Source: Paraspadella gotoi (Eukaryota > Animalia > Chaetognatha). From it: 64,000 nucleotides of DNA. The notes beneath the pieces are model-generated. The model was not told where the DNA came from. It worked only from the letters and a program-made list of their open reading frames with translations, and did not search any database. The stretch covers positions 13,694,124 through 13,758,123 of the forward strand of contig CM119265.1 of assembly GCA_051294375.1 (NCBI GenBank), read 5' to 3'. The number at the start of each line of letters is the position of its first letter. Within the stretch, counting starts at the first letter, position 1. Made by a program: the position numbers and the translations under genes. This document shows, piece after piece, positions 26,301-39,400 of this stretch.

Positions 26301-27150
26301 ATTTTTTTTTCATTAAAAAACATCGAGAACAATATTTATATTAGTCTTTTTTCACTTCTTCCGTCGACATCTCTCTTCAACTTTTCCACGAAGATTAAAT
26401 GAACTGACATAAACAAGAAGTAAGGATCGATTCTTGTTGGGGGGAAAAAAATCGATCGGCCGGTTAAGGCGAGGGTTATCTTCGAACCAGAGATCGACGA
26501 CTCCGAGAACAGGTATGACTACGAAAAACTCAGAAACAGTTTGATGGTCGATTGACCTCTCGACCTTTTTGCCTAAACACGTGACTATTCAAAAATAACT
26601 TTTTGATCTTTGGCCGAAACTTTAGAAATGTAATTAAAATCAATAATATACATATAAATAATAATAGTTTAATTATGAACTTTTCAAACAATATATCAAT
26701 TAATAATTTAGTGTAACCTTACATTTACTACGAATAAAATTTTATTTATTTACTAACCGAATTCTGGATTTATTATTATACGGTAAATTTTTCACTTCAA
26801 ATTTTTATTGCCCCAGATATACTAACGGTTTTTTTTTTTACCATTTTTGTTTGGATTTCTTTTTTTTTTTCAAAATCACATTCTCTCATAACCCAATTTA
26901 TTTTCTCACGCGTCAATACCCCGTTGGAAGATCCCCCCCTCTAATACTACCCCAAAGGATCTGGTAGAAATGCTCTTTCCCCTTCAACCCTGAGATCTCG
27001 ATTATCTTTCATTCGCTTCAATTATTTAGTTTGTTCCCTCCACTTCTTTTTCAAAGTCGCCCCTTCCATTTCCTCTCCTCTCTCTCTCTCTCTCTCTCTC
27101 TTTTTGGTTATTTTCTCTTCGTCCTGAGCCGTCCCTGGGGCTCTCGTAGA

Positions 27151-27210
<60 letters not shown>

Positions 27211-28489
27211 TCACATGCTTCGCCTCTGTATCTCCTGACTTCCTCACATCTTCGTTTCCGCCTTTCTCGTGGCCAGTTAACTTTTCGATTTTCTATCATC
27301 GAATTTGGCGATACCTCGCCGTATGTGATTGATCGATTAAAAAAACTTTAATGAATATTTTGTTTGAAATTTGCAATTTGATACGTCCCCAAGAACGAAT
27401 AATTCTTTCATTCGAGACATTCTTTCTCAACTTTTTTTTCTTAACTTTCGTTTTGGCATGTTTTTAAATTCCTTTTGAATAACAACTACTTTTCGAGCCA
27501 CGTCGNNNNNNNNNNTTTATTTGACTCGTTGATCGCTTTGAACGGTTTTTCTTTCTCAAAATTCCTCGATCGTAATCACCGCCTGGAGATTATTTTGCAT
27601 AATCAACGTTCCACCCGTTTACACTTTGAGAGAAAACGTTTACGCTTTGTCTGGATTTTTTTTTTCTTCTCAAGAGGTTAAATTCTGTCAATTTTTCCAG
27701 TCCCGTTGAATATTAACCAACGCCCACTTAACCCTCACAAAACCCAGAATCTGGAATTTTTTAAAAGAAAACATTTTTTTCCCATCCTCTATTAGATTTT
27801 TTTTTACTTTTGGATTTTTTTTTCTCTATTTTTTTTAAATCATTTGTTCGGAACGTCCGATTGTCAGTTAGATATCCGAGAGGAAATGACGGAAAACCAC
27901 ATCAAACGTCGTCTTTACTATTTATTTTATCTCTTCTCTCAGCTCAGTTTTTGAAAACGAATAAAAAACCGAATTCTCATCATATTTCATCGATTGATGT
28001 CTTGCTTGTTTTTAATCGAAATTTTATCCATCTTTTTTTTAACTTAAAAAAATTGGTTAAGTAAAAAGTGGATTTTGTTTCGACGCCATTGCCCCAAGGG
28101 GAGCCGCTCCGGAGAGCAGACACGCTGGGAACATCTTTGAGAAACGTGGCTTCTTTTTTATTTTTATTTTAACGAAGCTTTTAGCAAATTGTTTAAAAAT
28201 ATTTTACGGTTTAGCTTTTAAAATTCCAATTTTTACTTGCGAACTTGACTGCTTTATTTTCCCGCTTACTCTATACTGTACTTATCAATATTTGCATATT
28301 ATATTCTAAAATATAAAGATTCTCCTTTTTATAAGTACATGTACACTAGCATCAAAGGTGGAATCTAAACCAAGGAATCGAATCGGAAAATAATAAAATT
28401 TTACAAAATTAAAATTTAGTATATAGAAAATAAAATAAAAATTAATAAAAATATTTTGGTGTATTTATTTTTAATTTTATACATTAGTG

Positions 28490-28790
28490 GGCACCAGTAA
28501 GCTATAATATATATATAGTAATGTGATGATATAATAAGGCAAAATTTTATATTATTAAAAGTGTGTTAAAAAGTAAAAATTATACTTAAAATACGCTTTT
28601 TAATTTTCAGTTTAAAAATATAATTTTATTAATTTTTAACCTACCTTATAATATAATTTTTGAAAAAAATTATATTTTCTTTTATAAACTTTTTATGAAA
28701 AATTTGAATCTGTTCTCAGAATTGTAAAAAACCATTTTAATATTTTAACGTTATATAAGGGTAGTACTATATATAAAATAAGCTGACTGG
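28490..28790. mobile_element. Old, diverged internal fragment of the 35377-35982 MITE family
   Basis: Motifs AATTTTTAACCTAC, TTATATTTTCTTTTAT, ACCATTTT and TAAGGGTAGTACTATATATAAA occur in the same order as in the 832-1302 copy. Confidence 0.6.
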
Positions 28791-29097
28791 GTTAGCAATA
28801 TATATATAATAGTTTTTAAGATATATCTGTTAAATTTTGATTCCAAACTTTCACTTGTAAAGCAATTAAAAACTTTAAAATATTTTCCATGCATTCACCT
28901 ACCCTTTTTAGACCTCATAATATTTTTAAGGTTTTTTTCGGCCTCATTATTTGACATTATTTATTTGGTTTCTACATATCTTTTTTGAGAATTATTTCCT
29001 TTATATTTTATTCTAATAACATCAAACATCTATATATATATGTATATAATTAACTTTTCCCCACTTGATTTCTCAGTTGCTTTTCTCTCAAGTCGTC

Positions 29098-31059
29098 ATG
29101 GATGTGCTTTCAATTACTCCCGGACCTCATTCAATCAACGGGCATACCCGCCTCAGATGCCCCGATGATGTCGACGGGGCTTTCGACGATCGTCACGTGA
29201 CATTCTACGAGGACGACGACTGCACTAGCTTAACGTCCGCCCAGCAGCGTCTGCTTCTGCAGCACCGGCGCGTGGTGGCAGAGCGGAAGCGGGAGCAAGA
29301 GATGCAGCAGCTGGAGATTCAACGCCTCGACGCTATTTTAAAAATGTGCGAACACTACGCCACTGCCAACTCGTTCAGCTTAAAGCGCGGGACGTCCAGA
29401 AGCGACGTCGATCATTTCGTCACCGACGACGCCAACGCCCCGGATGTGACGAAGGACAAAGAACGGGGCGGCGACGGCCGGGGAAGCGACAGCGGCGTCA
29501 GCAACGGTCATGGCGCCGTCGAGGAAATTGGCGGCGCAACGACGGCGTCGACAGATTCGTTGAGTCCTCGACGCCTCCCGAACTCTTTTTACGACGATGA
29601 AGACGAATCCGACGTCGAAGACCACCACGGCCTGATCTCGAGTTTCGACATTTCCGATTTAGACGTTTCCCACGTTGACGGCGATTCCGCGCTTTACGAG
29701 GACATCGGGAGCTGCGTCCCCGCCACCGACTTCTCCTCCACGAGCTCTCCCGTCTTCCCCCCCCGACAAAATCTCTCCTCTGGCGAAGATATTTTCCATT
29801 TTCCCCGGCTGACCCGGTCTTCGGCGTCACCACCTCTTCAGCCCACACCTCTTCCTTCGTCTCCAGTGTGGAAACGCATCTCTCAAGTACATCCTCAACC
29901 TCCGCGCGCTCTCGTCGAAACGGCCCCTGTCGTCGATAACTCTGCCTTCCCAATAGAGATATCCGTTGACCCCTTGAGATCGAATCAATCCACGTCTCCT
30001 GCCCTTTCGTCGACGCCTCCACCGAAGCCCAAGCGAAGCCATTTGTCTCTGCGAGATTACGATGGCGCCGTCTCTCGCCGCGCAGTTCCATCGCCGAGGA
30101 TGGAGGACGTGGACGAAGTCGTGGAGTGTCCGTCTTCGACTTCTACGGCGTCTTTTCCGGCGTCGTCGGCGCTTATCACTGACTCTCCATCTTCCACGAC
30201 CATCAATACTCCGCGTTCTCTTTCGCCTATTCCCATGACGGCGCCGGACCGCACTTTAGCTGCTATGTACGATTCTCCATTTTTCCGCGGGGCGACGTCG
30301 CCAGTCTCTTGTTTGACGGGGTCGTTTCGCGTCGCGGCTTCGACGCCGGCGGATCCAGCGACGACGGTGCCCTTGAGGATCGCCTCGAACATCACTAGCA
30401 TCGGAGACGCTCATTCTGCAGCGGAGGCATTAGAGAAATGTGCTAAGGAAGAGATGATCGACAATAATCTCGACGAAGATGAGAACAAAAATGCCGATGC
30501 CAATGATGAACCTTCCACGCCGTCCAAGACCAAAGCCCAGAAAATTGAGGAGCTCCGTCGCCGAGACAAACGCGCCACATCGCGCGCTGTCGGCGCAGTC
30601 GGCGTCGCCTCCCAGTCGCGCCCTCTCACGAGATTCTTGCCTGTTCGCGGCGCCGGCGACGATTTCGATCTTCGCGCCCATGTTGAGGCTTCCGGTCATC
30701 AGATTGACGAATGCGCGGAAGTCGCTGTCGACGCGTCCACCTGCCGCGGATATCTTACCAAGATTGGCGCCACCTTCGGACTCTGTCGGCGACGCTGGTT
30801 TGTCTTCGACCGGAAGAGGCGCTCGCTGACATACTACGCGGACAAGAGCGAGCGAAAGCCGAGAGGCGGCGTTTATTTTCAGTTTATCCAAGAAACTTAT
30901 CCGGATCACGAGATGAGAAAGGGAGATCGGAAATCGATCTTCATCGTCAAGACGTCGGAAAAAACGCTCCGTCTCTGCGCTGCGACGCCAGAGGCCATGA
31001 GAATCTGGGTGGACGTCATATTCTCCGGGGCTGAGGGCTACGATACGTACAGGGCTTGA
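29098..31059 (+). CDS. PHLDB: Pleckstrin homology-like domain family B protein (LL5/PHLDB-like), intronless CDS, 653 aa from the first ATG
   Basis: The C-terminus matches the PHLDB signature: QSRPLTRFLPVR...FDLRAHVEASGHQ...CRGYLTKIG...RRRWFVFDRKRRSLTYYADK...RGGVYFQFIQETY.DH...FIVKT...ATPEAMRIWVDVIFSGAEGY. The N-terminal EIQRLDAILKMCEHY resembles the PHLDB QRLETILNLCAEY motif. A splice acceptor (TTTCTCAG, ending 29076) lies just upstream in the open frame, so an upstream UTR or coding exon is possible. Confidence 0.92.
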   Translation: MDVLSITPGPHSINGHTRLRCPDDVDGAFDDRHVTFYEDDDCTSLTSAQQRLLLQHRRVVAERKREQEMQQLEIQRLDAILKMCEHYATANSFSLKRGTSRSDVDHFVTDDANAPDVTKDKERGGDGRGSDSGVSNGHGAVEEIGGATTASTDSLSPRRLPNSFYDDEDESDVEDHHGLISSFDISDLDVSHVDGDSALYEDIGSCVPATDFSSTSSPVFPPRQNLSSGEDIFHFPRLTRSSASPPLQPTPLPSSPVWKRISQVHPQPPRALVETAPVVDNSAFPIEISVDPLRSNQSTSPALSSTPPPKPKRSHLSLRDYDGAVSRRAVPSPRMEDVDEVVECPSSTSTASFPASSALITDSPSSTTINTPRSLSPIPMTAPDRTLAAMYDSPFFRGATSPVSCLTGSFRVAASTPADPATTVPLRIASNITSIGDAHSAAEALEKCAKEEMIDNNLDEDENKNADANDEPSTPSKTKAQKIEELRRRDKRATSRAVGAVGVASQSRPLTRFLPVRGAGDDFDLRAHVEASGHQIDECAEVAVDASTCRGYLTKIGATFGLCRRRWFVFDRKRRSLTYYADKSERKPRGGVYFQFIQETYPDHEMRKGDRKSIFIVKTSEKTLRLCAATPEAMRIWVDVIFSGAEGYDTYRA

Positions 31060-31290
31060 GCCAACGCTATAAGACAATCACTTGTGTTATTTTTCAGTAT
31101 TCGGTGACTTTGAGACGACCGATTTTGTTTTGACGAAACAAAAGATTTCCAGATTCATCAGATTATTATTTGGACAGCCCGCTGGCTGCGGAAACTCTAC
31201 CAGAATACGTATTGTATATAAAACTGTTTATTGTAAATAATGTTTAAATTGTTCATCCTCAAATTTATCGATAGACGTTACTTGACTTTT

Positions 31291-31296
31291 AATAAA
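31291..31296 (+). terminator. Candidate polyadenylation signal (AATAAA) of the PHLDB-like gene
   Basis: First AATAAA I see after the stop codon (~230 nt downstream), followed by T-rich sequence. Confidence 0.5.
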
Positions 31297-34034
31297 ATTT
31301 TTACTTACGAGATGCTCCTTTTGGTTTAAATTATTCCTGATGACGATAGTACCTAATCTGAACTCCTTTCATTTTTCTCTCCTGGCAAGGTCGCTTACCC
31401 TTGAGAGAGAGAAAAGAAAAGAGAGAGCGCAGAAAAAAAAGATATTGCTCTTGAGAGAAAAATATGGTTAACCTCGCGCCATAAAAGATCGACATTCGCT
31501 TTTTGAAGAAACCATTTCTCAAGGCGAAATATTCAAGGGGCGAGTTTCTTTCACTGAGAAAAGAGATTCCGTATGTATTAGCCGCGAGAAAACGAGCGAC
31601 AGAGAGAGAGAGAGTGAGAGCTCTAAAAGTCTTCGACGCGAACAAAAAAGTGTTCCCTGTTAATTTTCAAGGTTTTGTCTATTTTCTCTTTTCAGAGCGT
31701 CCGACGCAATTCTCTTTAGAAAAAGAGGGCGGGCCGAGACGAGCCAGAAAGCCGGAGTGAGACGGAGAGTGAGTTAGCGTTACAGAGTTAGAGAGATGAA
31801 AAGATCTGTCGCGACTCGTAAACGGAGCAGTAAAAGTGGCCCCTCAAAAAGCAAGAAAAGGGACAGAATCGGAGAGAGGACGTTCCAGCTCAATGGTACG
31901 GGTTGAGAGAAGGCGATGAAAAGAAGGGGAGGGCGGTGAGTTCCCGGCGGCCGATGGTTTTTTTTTTGTTGTTGTTGTTTTTGTTCGTTCTTAACAAACT
32001 GTTTTCATTCCGTGAAGTTTTTAAAGTAAAATTTTTGTTTGCACAACCCGTTGCCTCCATGTTCTTCCTGAATAATCGTTATAATGGCTGTCGTTTAAAA
32101 GAAAATTCTTTCTGCCTCAAAGTGATTTAGTTTAATGACTCTGCAGACCACTATCACTAGTCTCATTTCACAGAAGAAAACATTCGCTGGCTTATTTCGT
32201 TTCATCTCGTTTTTTCTCGTAGCCGGGATAGGGACTCTGTTGAGTGTGGGCTGATCGGTGGGAGTAGAAGGTCGTTCCGATGCGATCGTTTTTAATCAAA
32301 ATTGAGCCTCAACAGACGAGAGCCATTAACGCAGCATGCAAGCCCCACTTCCCAGAAAAGAAAAAAAAAATTCGGAAGAAAATGGCGAAAACAGTTTCCG
32401 GAAATGGCCAGGCGCCCCTTTGGTCGGCGAATAAGAGGGGGCTCCAAACCGAAATGGATGAAGTTTCACTGTCAGTTTTTTTTTTTTTTTTAAATTTAAC
32501 TGATTAAAACTTTCCTGCAGAGGGACGTAAACGGAGGGTGTAAAAACCGGTCGTTTTCTTCGGGAATTTAGTCCTGACACGATATACAAGGGGGGAAAAA
32601 AGGATAGAGAGAGAGAGACTTAATACGGGACAAAATTTGGTCGGGCTCTGCATTTTGGTTTCGGTCTAACGATTCTAAATTGTAAACGAGGTGGGCTCAG
32701 CCTTGGCCTTCTAATGATGCCTCATGATGGAACGACGGAAAAAAAAGACGAAAACTCCTCGCGGGCCTTTATGGCAGCGAATGAGAGAGGGTTTTCAAGG
32801 TCGATCGGCCAAACGAGAGAATCCCACTGAGGAGGAAGTCGTCCCATATGATCTTGTGGCGGAGATATCCAGGCTCCGCATTCAACTAAGAAGAAGACTT
32901 AGGCGCAGCGTATGCCAGCACGAGTCAAAAAAAAAAATGCAGTCTTCGTGGCAAAAGCGATAACGCTGTCCCACTGTTAAATGGCGCCGCGCTGTCTTTA
33001 TTGTTGTCATTTCGCCTCATGAAGGAAGAGGAAGAAAAGAGTAGAGAGGCAGAATAGGAGGAGGAAACGGAGTATAAAGGACGAGGGGATATAGATTATG
33101 GTATAAGATAAAATTTGAATATTATAAAATTCTTTTTCTTTTTTTGGACTGATAATCTTTAGAATTAAGGTCAATTATGTAGGTCGTTCATAAAATACCT
33201 GTCAAATCGGCAGTGCCGATACATACTTCTGCAATCGCTGCTCGTTTAATCGTTTAATAAATCTAATAAAATCGGTTGGTTCCACTCCGAAGATAATTTT
33301 ATTTTACTTGTTTCTTTTCTTTTCCCCGTTTCCCTCTTCTCCCCAGAACACGAGGAAAATAATCCTTTTTGATCCTCGAAAATCTCACAAACAAGCGAAC
33401 AACCGCCGACAGAGGGCAGGCGGTCGAGCGGGTTTGCTGGCGGGCGGCTGAGAAGCCGCCAACCCGGCCAACCAAATGCAAACAAAAACAATTGGCACGG
33501 ACTGAGGGAAAAACTTCGGCTATATAACTTATAAGAGAAGGGGGAAGAAATAAAAAAGCGCGTATTGGGAGAGGGGTTTGAAAGATGGTGAGAAACACAA
33601 TTACGGAAGAAAATTTCTACGGACATAGCGGCGGCGTCTACTGCGGCGGTGTCCACGGCCCCGGGGGCGGCGGCTGCGGCGAAAATGACCGACGAGGAGA
33701 ATTTACGCGTCCAAATCGAAATCGGGGTGAAAAGATCAAAGACAAATGGCGCCGGAGAAATTTTCTCTCGGCGCCTCAACGTCTTTATCGGCGCTTCCTT
33801 CTTTATGGGGGGTCCAGATCTCTTCCTCCTTGGATAGCATTCTCTCTCTCCATCCCTCTCTCTCTCTTTCTTCGGAAAGCTAAATTTTTGGTTCATCGTT
33901 GGGGACTTGGTTGTGAATATATAAAAATTTAAATTTTTATCTCGAAGAAGAAAACGAAATTTCATTTAAAAAAAGCAAGTATTTTTGTTGTTAATTTTTG
34001 ATTTTTTTTTTTTTCCTCTTTTTTTCTTCCTTTT

Positions 34035-34066
<32 letters not shown>

Positions 34067-34096
34067 TTTTCTTTCTTTCTTTCTTTCTTTCTTTCT

Positions 34097-34172
34097 TTCA
34101 GTTTTCGTTGATTTGGCTTAAATAAGTAGCCTTCATTTTAAACCCAGGACATAAAATTTCACCCCCACCCCC

Positions 34173-34215
<43 letters not shown>

Positions 34216-34985
34216 TTCTTTCTTTCTTTCTGTCATTTTTTATTATTTCCTTATTTTTTATAAAGTTCATAAACTTCTCCAAAATAGTTGTTTTCGAAAC
34301 TTTTCTTTTTCCCTAATCCTATAAATTTTATTAATTTTTTAACCTTCTCGGCCTCTTCCTAATTGTTCCTTACTCCCATTTCCCTCTATTGCAACTCTTC
34401 CTTTCAATATTTATCTCACCTGCGTTTTCTTCCCCATCTTCTCCATCTCCCGATTTCACCATCTTTACTGCCACAGTACCACACCTCTTTATTCTCCTGC
34501 TCGTTTTCTCCGCTTTGTTTTCGTCTTTATTTTTCTTTTACTCGCCGCGCGACGTCGCGTCGTCCGCCGGGGCCGTCGTCGGCGACATTGGTTGTCCGCC
34601 GGGATGCATAATCGCATAACGTCGTAGCTGTCGTCGTCGTCGTCGTCTTTGCAGCTGCTTTTTTGCATTCGGATCTCGACTCCTCTCATCGAACTTGTTG
34701 ATGAGACGACGGCTCGGGGGGGGGGCAGATGGAAAAGGGGATGAAGGCGTTAAGGATGGGAGGAAAAAGAGTAGAAGAAAGAATTATTAGAATGTAGGAG
34801 AAAGATAGGAAGGCAGTAGAGGTAGGGCAAAGTAAGCGAATGTAATAGGCATATTTTTAAAAAATATAGAGGGATATAAAAAGTAAAAAAACGGACGTAA
34901 GGACTGATTTATGTGGGGGTGAAATTTTATGTCCTGGGGTTTAAAATGAAGGCTACTTAGTTAAGTCAAATTAACGAAAACTGAA
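34097..34985. repeat. Isolated 72-bp inverted repeat pair (34097-34168 and 34913-34985) enclosing ~745 bp
   Basis: TTCAGTTTTCGTTGATTTGGCTTAAATAAGTAGCCTTCATTTTAAACCCAGGACATAAAATTTCACCCCCAC is the reverse complement of 34913-34985, apart from about 3 substitutions and a small indel. Confidence 0.9.
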
Positions 34986-35376
34986 TTGGCCACAATGGCC
35001 ATTAAAAAGCCATTTTTTATTCAAAGACGTGATTTTGAAGCTGCTCACGTTCTGTCTTATTAAAACGATGCAATTATCAATTAGTACGGCGATTACCATG
35101 GTTACGAGTACGAACGAAAAAAATAGAGTGATTTAAAAGTATAATGGGGTCTGACCTGGATGGGAAAATTAGTGCATATGCAATATGCTAACTGTAAATA
35201 GCTTTTATTCTATTTTTATGCTTAGGTAGATGAGATATAATAGGTTAGGTAGAATAGTCCTTGATACGGATAGATTATTTAAACTAATTTCTTTTTTTTT
35301 TCATTTTTAGTTTTTCGGGAAAACGGCCAAAGAAACAGCACCGCTCTGTTAACAGATTAGATTCTGTCCTAGTCAT

Positions 35377-35982
35377 TAAGGCGTAGTGAAAGTTACATAC
35401 GAAATTCTAAAAGTCAATTATGAAAACATACCATCAGTGAACATTAATTTGTAATAAAAATTAATTTATTTTTTTTTTAATTTTCGCAGTAGGCTATATT
35501 TATATATAGTACTATCCTTATAAAATCGAAAAATTTCAAAATAGGCTTTTTTAATTTTGATTGAAGATTTGAATTCCTCGTCAAAAGTTGATAAAAGAAA
35601 ATATAAATCATTTTTAAAAATTCTTTCATTAAGTGGGTTAAAAATTAAAAAAAACTATATTTAATATATAAAAGTTAAATTTTCAGCTTCAAATATAACT
35701 TATTCTAATTTTGACCCACTTAATGAAGGACTTTTCAAAAAGAGTTATATTTCTTTTTTACCAACTTTTTAGACAATCCAAATCTGCAAAAAATCTTAGA
35801 AAAAACTGTTTTGAAATTTTAACATTTATTGGTTAAGTACTAGTATAAATATGGCCATACGCGTAAATTGTAAAATTTATATAAATTTTTATTACATAAA
35901 TGTTCATTAGTATAATGTTGTTTGTTCCTCACTTTTAGAATTTTAATTAAAGTTTAAATTTAGAAATTTTACTTACGCCTTA
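35377..35982. mobile_element. Complete quasi-palindromic MITE (606 bp) with 8-bp TSD, hAT-like
   Basis: Termini TAAGGCGTAGTGAAA and TTTTACTTACGCCTTA, long subterminal inverted similarity, and a perfect direct repeat CTAGTCAT at 35369-35376 and 35983-35990. An 8-bp TSD is typical of hAT elements and also occurs in P and Merlin elements. Confidence 0.88.
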
Positions 35983-36000
35983 CTAGTCATAGTAGTCGTA

Positions 36001-36399
36001 CTGATGTCAAGAAAATATTCTAATCTATGTACATTAGGATGCTCCTTATATGCGGGTTTGTGTCAAACTTTCTTCCATCGTCGCTACAATTTCAGTGATC
36101 ACAATCTCGTAATGATGACTAAGCCATCAACCAAGCGGTAAAACGATGCAAGTTGATAACGTGTTATCGCTCTGACTTCGAAGATAAATCGCTCGAATGG
36201 GCGTGGCTCTTAGAAAACTCAACGTGACGACCACGTTAAAAGCGACAGTATGACAACGTCGAGAAAGACGATGACAAACTACAGAGACGATGATGACGAC
36301 TTTAGGGACGACCGAAGCTTAAAAGCTTCGGATTACTCTCCCGGGGATTCTGGCTTTTTATTTTCGGAAAACGTTTGATAAAAATTATTCCTCTCTCTT

Positions 36400-36453
<54 letters not shown>

Positions 36454-39400
36454 AGAAAAAAAATTATTTTAAAAATATTTTTAAAAAAAATTTGAGAAAC
36501 CTGACGAAATTTTAAGACGATGATTAGCGATGCATCGCCCGGAGCGATCAACATAGAAGCCCCTCTGTGCCTCTCTAGAACCGCGTCCCAACCCCCAATT
36601 TCGTCTCCATTTAGAGAATGCTGTCGTTATAGTGGTTTCCCATCATTTTTGAGAGACCCCTTTTAGCCATACCAATTTATTCTCGAAATTAATGGAATTC
36701 TTTTTTGATTCTTTCTGTTTAAGGCGATAAAAAAATATTAATATATCCGCTCTTGCAAAATGTAGCTCGGTGTTCTAAAAAATTAATTTGATCTCTTTGT
36801 CTGATCAATGTTTCCATGCCAATGCCGCGACCCGCGCCCTTTATTTCTTCCCTCTTCGACTCCCACGCCGCTCGGTCCTGCATTTTGAATTACGGATTCG
36901 TAACTCACTTGTTCCCTCACCTCCTTAACCCTTGCACCCTCCACTTCTTCCTCTTCGGCGGTCGGCTTTGTGCATCTTCCGCCCACTCTCAGTCACTCGG
37001 GCTAATTCTTTGATCCCACCTCCGTACGCCCGAGTCGCCGACAAACGTGTTTAGGTTGAATTTTTAGTAAGGGGAGGTTGGGTGAGTTCCACCGCGCGAG
37101 AGAAAATAAAGGAGAAAAAACATTGAAATAAACGATCGATGAAAGATTGGAGATCGATATTTTTGGTTCTGAATAAAGAGTGAAAAATCCAACGTTGAAA
37201 CTCGCAAAATTATTTTTTGGGGGGTTAGGGTTGAGTTATGATAAATGAAGATGAGTTCACTTAGTCTTAGGGAGGCGATAAAAGAACTATGTGATTCCGG
37301 GAGGCGGTGTAGGATGGTGTGGTGAAGCCCGTGAAATCGATGAGCGAAAGAATCTCCTGATGCGAAAAACATTTAAATTTGAAGACGAAGGGAAAAAAAT
37401 CGCCGAATGAGAGCTGATAGAAGAAGCGGAAATATTTTTGAGAGAAGATTTGAAAAAGGAAACCGGAGAGAAAGAAAAAGCAAATGAAGTTCGCTGAAAA
37501 AGGGTTGGAATGAATCTGATTTATTTATGGTTAATTTTCGTAAATATAAAAATATATTTTTGATTTGTTGCAAATATGAATTTGCCAGTGAATAAAATTA
37601 ACGAAGACATGTTCAAAGGTTGCTACGTATATCTATATATATATTATATATATTATGATTATATATATATATATATATAAATTAATATCAATGAGTTTTT
37701 ATTTGTACAGTCAAAATACAGAGTGGCGTCGAGGCGGTCTCTTAATACTGGAGGCGACGGGTCAGACGGCAGGGAAGAAAGGAGAAAAGACGAAAAAGAA
37801 ATACGAGAAAAAGCCAAAAAAGAAAGAGGAGATAAAGAGAAGGATTTAGCATAAGGCGAGAGAAAAAAGAGAGAGTGAAAGATTGGATGAATAAATCAAG
37901 ACGATCGCTTTTAAGCTACGAAGCATCTCTCTTGCGCGCCACCGTTTCAAAAAGCATCCGCGGGTCGTGAAAGGTGGGCGCTGTTAGGGGGGCGGAAGTA
38001 CGTTTCGCAAAATGATCAAGTTTTCAGGGAAAAGTTGTGTAGTAAATTAAATCACGAGAGAAGGATTAAAGTCGGTTGAGTATCAGAACCTTTTTGTTTG
38101 GATTAGTTAGCTGAAAAGTTAATACGAGAAAAAAAGCGTCCAATAAAAATCGGGATTTGCCCTATGCCCGCAAAATGGCTGAAAAAGAGAAACAGAACGA
38201 GAAAAGAAGGACCAAAACACAGAAAGAGAGATTTTCCGTCCCTACAGCCGAAAGCAAAACCAATCCTGTGGGAGAATGAGAGAGGAACGGTGCGGGAAGA
38301 TTAAGAAGCAGAGGTGATCAAATAATGACACAGTTGATTAATTGGAAAAACTCACAGCGTGCGGGGCCGGAAAGAGAGGGGGGGAAGAGCAAAGCAAAGA
38401 GGGAAAAGGAAAAGGCCTCCAGGGAGATTCGCCTATTTTCCCTTTGAAATTAGTGAGGCCAGAGAGAGAGAGAGATAGAAAAAAAAAAAGATGGAGAGAG
38501 AAAAACGGATTAGTTCCTTAACTATCGGATATTTCCTTCCGTCTAATAATGTAATATTGTTGCGGCCAAAATACGATTTGATTTTTTGCCTCCGCAAGTG
38601 AAGCGGAATGATGGGGGAGAGAGAGAGAGAGGTGCGNNNNNNNNNNNNNNNNNNNNNNNNNTACAATTCTATGAATAAATATGAATAAGTAACTTTTTAA
38701 CGAAATTTATTATCTTTCACTCTATATTCAGTCATATCTAAAAAACAAAAANNNNNNNNNNNNNNNNNNNNNNNNNTAACGACTACTATGACTAGTAAGG
38801 CGTAGTAAAATTTCTAAATTTAACTTTAATTAAAATTCTAAAAGTGAGGAACGAACAACATTATACTAATGAACATTTATGTAATAAAAAAATTTATAAT
38901 AAATTTTACAATTTACGCAGTAGGCCATATTTATACTAGTACTAAACCAATAAATGTTAAAATTTCAAAACAGTTTTTTCTAAGATTTTTTGCAGATTTG
39001 GATTTGTCATAAAAAGTTGGTAAAAAGAAATATAACTCTTTTTGAAAAAGTCCTTCATTAAGTGGGTCAAAATTAGAATAAGTTATATTTGAAGCTGAAA
39101 ATTAACTTTTTATATATTAAATATAGTTTTTTTTAATTTTTAACCCACTTAATGAAAGAATTTTTAAAAATGATTTATATTTTCTTTTTATCAACTTTTG
39201 ACGAGGAATTCAAATCTTCAATCAAAATTAAAAAAAGCCTATTTTGAAATTTTTCGATTTTATAAGGATAGTACTATATATAAATATAGCCTACTGCGAA
39301 ATTAAAAAAAAACTGATGTCAAGAAAAATATTCTAATTCATGTCACATTAGGCTGCTCCTAATATGCGGGTTTGTTGTCAAACTTTCTTCCATCGTCGCT

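Noticed and set aside
29346-31077. Overlapping and antisense ORFs inside the PHLDB CDS (e.g. 29498-30091, 30430-31077)
   Set aside because: Expected shadow ORFs of a GC-rich coding region, with no motifs.
33246-33965. 239-aa minus-strand ORF and overlapping plus-strand ORFs
   Set aside because: Spans low-complexity GA and GC tracts with no domain or coherent splice structure; probably a chance ORF in a CpG island.
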